A stretch of DNA of 62,652 nucleotides, filler included, from Sphaeroforma arctica JP610 (taxonomy: Eukaryota): assembly GCF_001186125.1 (NCBI RefSeq). It is 6 parts of 3 records of this genome, joined end to end, with 100 filler letters (N's around TTAATTAATTAA, not from the genome) between each part and the next. Parts side by side here need not be neighbours in the genome. Positions count along the whole stretch, not along the records: positions 52,154 to 59,274 come from NW_014040555.1; positions 59,375 to 62,652 come from NW_014040554.1; 4 more parts are not named here. One strand, 5' to 3'. Position 1 is the first letter of the stretch. Each line of letters opens with the position of its first letter. Made by a program: the position numbers and the translations under genes. Positions 55,823 to 62,652 of the stretch are shown here, in pieces. The notes beneath the pieces were generated by a model. That model was not told the DNA's origin, ran no database searches, and worked only from the letters and a program-made list of their open reading frames with translations.

Positions 55823-58389
55823 TTGGCGTTTCAGAGCGAACAGCACGTAGATTTGTCCTACGCTCCTATAGATGAAAACACACCCGACACTTTCCGATTT
55901 GGCTCCACAAGCCCGCCTGCTCCGCCTGCAAAAAGACCGCGGTCACGGGCGCCCAATAGCAGCAGTGAGCCTCCCAGCTACCGCTCAAAAGTGGACAAAC
56001 CTGCAAAACCGAGCCCTAAAAAACGCCCGACCCCACCAGCTTCTCAGTCCCAATCGCAGCCGCCAGTACCCGAACACCTTTTGACGAAAGTGGTGGGCCG
56101 CCCGATGCCGGACAAAACTCTTCATGAAATGGATGACATAACTCCGGTATGGCTCTTCTTCTGAGCAATTTTACCTAACGGCAAGCCCCCATCCCAATCA
56201 GTATTTGAAAAATACTGGCATGCCCAACCAGCCCTCAATCGCCACCACTTTCTCTGGTATCTTCCGTCTAAATTGGTATCTCAGGAAGCTCCACCAGTTT
56301 CATCCGCCTTTGTGTTCCTAGCGACTCTGTCGCCCAGGTAAAACGACATGCAGTACTTACGTGGAAATGGCAGCTTGATGAAAACATCGACCCCCGCTCC
56401 CAACAACATCCCGACGCTACGAAAGCAGCTTTAATTCATTGTCTCCGCACCAAGCGGGAGGCCCGCTACACACATGAACGAGCGCCAAAAATTCTTGCCC
56501 GCAGCATGGATGCACTACTGGGCACACTTGTCAACTCCACTAACGCAGACATCCTTCAATCTACCGCGGACCGTCTCCAGAAGGCTTACCAAGCAAAGCA
56601 TGATGCAAACCTCGTCTCACTTAACCCGCGAATCCCGGTAAACGCTAAAGAATCAGCGCGTGCGGAACCCGGACGACTTCATATACCAACGGTCTCCCCG
56701 ACACAATCATCCGACACGATGGATAGCAATACGCAGCCTCAGCTTTCCACGACGGACTCTTCGACGACAGGCACTGATATAGAAATGGCTGACATCGTCA
56801 AAGAGCAGAGCCCAGTAGTATTGACTGATGATGAACAATGTTAGGACCAATGAGGATGACGCTCTTCAACCCACAAGGACTCAACATGGACAACGCAGCA
56901 CATACAGATAAGTGTTTGAACGTTATATCAATTTTAGGTCAGGTTGATGTTATGTGTGTTGTTGAAACCTGGCATAACACCACATTTCTACGCTCAAACA
57001 TACGCTATCATATACTACATCACATTACACGGCATAATATCTTACACCCTTCACACTGTGGTATTGGTAACTTTTCCAAACACCACCCATCAAATTTTCA
57101 ACTTGTACACTCTTCACCGTACGCGGTGCTCTTTGTGTGCTTTGGCATTCATATGGCCGTGTTCTATTTTCCACTCAAATCGCTTACTGAAGAAGATGTC
57201 AGGAGATACATGAATCCCCCCGAGATTGGCGGTTTCCAACCAGATATCGAAGTATGGCCACGCATCTACAAATTACGGACTACGTATGAAAACGATTAAG
57301 ACTACTCTGCGTAATACACTGAACATGCGTATCATCGACCTACCACCCCCGCCTCCCTCCAAACTTATAAGCTGACGAACTACGGTATCTGTGGTGACCA
57401 CACCTTTGGACTTGATCTCCAGATACCCCCCACGAATCAAATCCATCGGCTCCAACAAATACCAGAAATGCCGCCGCCTCCGGACCAACGCCCCATGGAT
57501 ATAACCGATATCAGCATCGATTGTATCACCTACGCAACAAATCCCGCGCGCGACTATTCCAAGCCGAAATCCGGGCGCATCATAACCTACTACGGTCGTA
57601 TTTCACTTTACATGGACCAGCGGAAGGGCTGCTACGAATCCTCGACCGCATCTGGCGCTATGCCACTAACCCACAAATTTTTGAATGGTTCTATTATGAC
57701 TTAAACAGACCTTGGGTTCAGCGGTTGCCAAACCACTCGTTCCGCCCACGTTTGACCGCCCAAAGCAATGCTCCAATGTTCAAAGATATTGCGTACCAAC
57801 GACGGTTTCCGCGCCAACCCTGCATACCGGGTACCGATGACACAGGCGCTACCCTCGCTGGCTACTTTGAGGCCCTATTCAACTCTACAAACCCGTACGT
57901 GGTTCCACCGGATACCGAACCCTCTCCTGATGTCACTTCCACCATACGCCCCGACGATGTAATGGAGGCAATACTATGCTATCCCAATAAGGGACCTGGC
58001 CCCGACGGGATCCACATCCTCCTCCTGAAGGCCGCAGTGGAGCGCTCTACCGAACGCCGGACATTAGGGCGCCCCGACGCCAATAGCCCACTGATTAGAC
58101 TCCTTGCCGAAGCATTCACTGAGCTACTGAAGGCGGGTACCTTCCCCGCAGCCCTGCACTGCTGCCTCCTGACAGCGCACCCAAAGAAAGCCGATTCAGA
58201 TATCACCTCCCCCGCCAACTTCCGCCCCATCACGCTTACGCAAATCGTCAGGAAAAGTGCTTTCTTAATCAGATTACGAGCCACCCCGGCTCTGCTACCC
58301 ATGCTACCCAAGCTGGCTTCAAATCACGGGTCATACCCAAGCACTTCCCGCCATGGAATCTGAGACACAGTCAGAAAAGGAGTGGAACG
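55823..58389 (+). mobile_element. Degenerate LINE: ORF1 remnant, APE endonuclease, RT N-terminus, cut by LTR A
   Basis: TLFNPQGL..DVMCVVETWH (APE); NKGPGPDGI, PKK...PANFRPITL..IVRK, QAGFK (non-LTR RT). Confidence 0.85.
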
Positions 58390-59148
58390 TGTAAGATTCG
58401 GTCTAATAAAGGCGATACTAATGCCTTGGAATAAATAAACGCCTTGGTAAATTCTAAATATCGTGTAAATATCGATATAAATAAACGAAATGAGACGTTT
58501 AATAGAGTTATGTTTGCCTCGTGAAAACAGCAATACTCTGAGGGATTGTGAGGCTGAGACATTGCCTATATATAATCCTCTCAGTACTGTTACCGCCGAA
58601 GGGATTTAATTTAGTGTTTCGTTGTCGCTCTATTCTGGGGCGAATCCGATAGACTCATAAAATCCTATCTTTAGAAGAAGAAGAAAAATTTACTCTTGAC
58701 GTCTTTAGTTACTGTCTTAACCAATAACTTTCCACTATCAAGAATTACTGACTTAGCCCTCATCAGACTGGCACATCTGGCTGGCTTATCAGAGGATCAA
58801 CTAGGTAACGTTAATAGTCCCTAGAAACCTATATTCGGTTGAGCCATCTCGCTACCGAAGTATTCAGATATAAATAAAATTGGAAAGTAAATAAAGCCCT
58901 ATTATTAGAACGAGACCAACTCTTTTATGTTTGGTATTTTACTGAGGCCTTTTAATGGCCTCATCCAAATATCTGATTTGTTAAATGGAAAGGGTTTAAT
59001 TAATAAAACCATTAAAACCCATTTTAGGAAACTTAAGTTCCTCGTGCTATTAAGAGCACATTTAGGAGACTTAAGTTCCTCGTACTATTAAGAGTACATT
59101 TAGGAAACTTAAGTTCCACGTACTGCTTAAGAAACCCGGCTTATTACA
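58390..59148 (-). mobile_element. LTR family A, second copy (inverted)
   Basis: Reverse-complement match to 39481-40242 including both termini; no TSD seen. Confidence 0.85.
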
Positions 59149-59154
59149 CAGCCC

Positions 59155-59274
59155 TGTAGAAATACGGCCTCCGATCAGTCTAAAATATCAAGATCAATTG
59201 AGATAATACATTGGTTTTTATTTGTATTTTAAGTAATTTAATACAAGCTCTTTTTTCCAATATTTCCAAAGTGT
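59155..59274 (+). mobile_element. LTR family B 5' end, second copy
   Basis: Near identical to 37889-38008. Confidence 0.7.
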
Positions 59275-59374
59275 NNNNNNNNNNNNNNNNNNNNNNNNNN
59301 NNNNNNNNNNNNNNNNNNTTAATTAATTAANNNNNNNNNNNNNNNNNNNNNNNNNNNNNNNNNNNNNNNNNNNN
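59275..59374. other. Artificial spacer
   Basis: N44-TTAATTAATTAA-N44. Confidence 0.97.
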
Positions 59375-60183
59375 CTGTAGGGTGTACGTATCTATTTATC
59401 ACTCCCATTACTTCACTGTGTGGACTGTAGGGTGTACGTATCTATTTACACCTCCGATTGTCTTCCTGTGTGGAATATAATGTGTACGTATCTATTTATC
59501 TCTCCCATTACTTTACTGTGTGGACTGTAGGGTGTACGTACCTATTTATATCTCCCATTGTCTTCTTGTGTGGACTGTAGAGTGTACGTATCTATGTATC
59601 TCCCATTCTCTCACTGTGCGGACTGTAGGGTGTAGGTGTCTATTTATATCTCCCATTGTCTTCCTGTGTGGACTGTAGGGTGTAGGTGTCTATTTATATC
59701 TCCCATTGTCTTCCTGTGCGGACTGCAGGGTGTACGTATCTATTTATCTCTCCTATTACTTTACTGTGTGGACTATAGGATTTACGTATCTATTAATCTC
59801 TCCCATTGTCTCACTGTGTGGACTGTAGGGTGTGCGTATCTATTTATATCTCCCATTGTCTTCCTGTGTGGACTGTAGCGTGTACGTGTCTATTTATGTC
59901 TCTCATAGTCTGACTGTGTGGACTGTAGGCTGTACGTATCTTTTTATATCTCTCATTACTTCACTATGTGGACTGTAGGGTGTACGTATCTATTTATCTC
60001 TCGCATTGTCTCACTGTGTGGACTGTAGGGTGTACTAATCTATTTGTATCTCCCATTGTCTCACTGTGTGGACTGTAGGGTATACGTGTCTTTTTATATC
60101 TCCCATTACTGCACTGTGTGGAGTGTAGAGTGCACGTATCCATTTGTATCTCCCATTACTTCACTGTGTTGACTGTAGGGTGT
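59375..60183 (+). repeat. Intronic minisatellite, 50-bp unit x about 16
   Basis: CTGTAGGGTGTACGTATCTATTTATCTCTCCCATT..CACTGTGTGGA units. Confidence 0.92.
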
Positions 60184-62004
60184 GAGAGACGTTATGATGC
60201 GCGTGGGAGGGCGTTCTATGTCAATCACAACACTCGCGCCACCTCATGGGATCCTCCAGCCGCAGCCAATAGTATGTCGCCATTCAGCGCAATCTATAAA
60301 TATAACTGGATGTTTTAGGGTTGTATATGCATGGATTGATCATGTGCGTGCGTGTGTGTTATCTATCGTGTGCGTGTGTGTCTGTTTACTATCGTGTCGT
60401 GTGTGTCTGTTTACTATCGTGTGCGTGTGTGTATGTTTACTATCGTGTGCGTTTGTGTGTGTTTACTATCTTGTGCGTGTGTGTGTTTACTATCGTGTGT
60501 GTGTGTGTGTGTCTACTATCGTGTGCGTGTGTGTGTGTTTACTATTGTGTGCGTGTGTGTCTGTTTACTATCGTGTGGGTTTGTGTGTGTTTACTATCGT
60601 GTGCGTGTGTGTCTGTTTACGGTCACGTGCGTGTTAATGTATATCCCACTTGACCCAACGCGTGAGTGCACATGTACGTCTGCGACGGTCGTCCGTCCGT
60701 GGCTCGTCTCCGGTGGTTGTGTTGGTGTGGCTGTGTCTGTGTGGTTGTGTTTTAGTCGACCGTATGTGTGTCTGTGAGTAGTACTCGATGGACGTGCTAG
60801 TGTGTGCTGTTGCATGAGCAATCATACTTGAGCCGTTGATCCCTTCACTTTCCTTTGGGGTTAAGCTGCACCTGTATCTGTATTTAAACGCTTATCGCTT
60901 ACAAACTTACACCAATTGACATTCAACCGTGCGCCCAGATGTTGCCCACGCCCACATTAGAGTTAACGTTAACGGTTACACTACCTATGATTGTTGTGGA
61001 CATCAACTCGAATACTACGATGTACACTAGAATCAACGTTAAATCTTATCCTACACGGGATTAACACTACCAGTAACACGTACACAACATAGCACTGTCA
61101 CCCAACACTTTAAGGTTTAGGGTTTACCCACGTGCTTGTCATTTTTTTTTATGTAACACTTTAGGGTTTAGGGTTCACCCTCGTGCTTATCATTTCTCTT
61201 CAGACGAATACGTCAGTAGAAACGGAGCCTCAGGCACATTACCACCCAACATAGAGGAACGACGAGACGCTAGCGGCAAAATATACTATGTTGACCATAA
61301 CAACCGCACCACCAGTTGGATCAGGCCAGGAACCAGCAATGGCATCAGTGATCGTATGTGAGTGTGTGGGGTTATATGGTGATGTACGTGTATACGGACG
61401 AATTGTAAGTGTATGTGCATGTGTATGTGTCCTCCACTTCAAAATGATGCGCATGTGCACTTGTCTCTTTCTCATACACACACTCTCTCTGTCTCTCACC
61501 ACACTCACTCACACTCTCTCACAAACACATATAAATATATATATATATATACCGTCCGCAGTGAGTGTCGAGTGGTCTAATCGTGACTTAGCGGCAGCAC
61601 GCGAGTCCTTTAACCGACGGACGAGTGTAGGCAACAGCACGGCCTCTGCGAGCCAATCAAACGGCGGCAATAGGCGGACGGACAGTCACCACCAATCACA
61701 TCACAGGAATACCAGTGGGGGCGCTCCAAGACAGTTGGCACGGCCGGCGTTGGAGGATGATCCTTTACCTGCTGGATGGGGTGAGTTCTATCTATAACCA
61801 TGTCCAATGTGTCACTATTACTATATATATATGCATAAACGATACTAGCACAATTACACTACTAATACTAACACAATAGCAATGTGATTCTAACACACTC
61901 ACATAACTGCGCTTTTCAGAGATGCGCCTGACGCCCACGGGACAGCCGTACTATATGGACCACAACAACAGGCGCACACAATGGGTAGATCCACGGTCAT
62001 ACGT
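60179..62004 (+). CDS. Three-WW-domain protein, probably NEDD4/Rsp5-family E3 ligase (partial); exons 60179-60271, 61204-61353, 61562-61780, 61920-62004
   Basis: Phase-1 GT-AG introns join [57 protein letters not shown] and [35 protein letters not shown] domain not seen in the window. Confidence 0.8.
60345..60620 (+). repeat. Intronic TG-rich minisatellite (GTGTGCGTGTGTGTCTGTTTACTATC-like)
   Basis: About ten imperfect copies; another TG-rich array lies at about 62015-62290. Confidence 0.85.
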
Positions 62005-62652
62005 GTAAGTGAGCAGTTGTGTGTGATATCATTTGTTATTCACATGTGTAGGCGTGTAGTTGTGTGTGTTGTTTATTTTTCTCATGTGTAAGTGTGTAGT
62101 TGTGTGTGTTGTTTATTATTCTCATGTGTAAGTGTGTAGTTGTGTGTGTTGTTTATTATCCTCATGTGTATATGTGTAGTTGTGTGTGTTATCATTTATT
62201 ATTCACATGTGTAAGTGTGTTGTTGTGTGTGATAATATTTGTTATTCTCATGTGTTTATGTGTAGTTGTGTGTGTTATCATTTGTTGTTTACATTAATGA
62301 ATTGTCGTGAATGATTGCAATATGAGTACCCTAAACCCCTAAATTCTTAAACTTTTAAAACCCTAAAGCAAGGTGGCTCTCCTGTTTATCCAACCTGATG
62401 CACACCAAAAGGTTGTATAGCATTTACAACTTGTACGTCAAAACTACACAAGCTCATACACTAGTCTACAGTATGAGCAACTGCTCGATACAACCTGTAT
62501 GACATATACGCGACTCAATCACCAGATACGCATATACGAACCTATGGTACTAACTTAAAACTTGTGCTTTCTATATATATATATATATATATATTCATGT
62601 TTATTTGTGTTTATATTTATATATATATCAGTGTGGATCTGCCGTTACCGCG

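Overview
The window is six sequence blocks joined by five identical artificial spacers (44 N + TTAATTAATTAA + 44 N), so adjacency across spacers is unproven. Blocks 1-2 (1-26591) are GC-rich, intronless and gene-dense, with short A/T-rich intergenic tracts, and look like a giant DNA virus (Nucleocytoviricota; several features point towards an irido/marseille-like Pimascovirales lineage). They encode a divergent RNA polymerase second-largest subunit, two tandem clan-CE (Ulp1-like) proteases that each carry an extra dead protease domain, a JAMM metalloprotease, a SKP1/BTB-like protein, a thioredoxin, a 1391-aa YadA-like fibre with an S74 autocleaving chaperone, and a possible remote GmrSD-like protein. 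A host-type (TG)35 microsatellite, a telomere-like tract and broken genes inside these blocks suggest an endogenised virus. Blocks 3-6 (26692-62652) are microsatellite-rich eukaryotic DNA with spliced genes (YjeF_N epimerase, KANSL2-like, VEPH1/Melted-like, triple-WW NEDD4-like), a Phactr/Bni4-like probable pseudogene, nested Copia/LINE/solo-LTR debris and minisatellites. All family assignments are by-eye motif recognition; no database searches were run.
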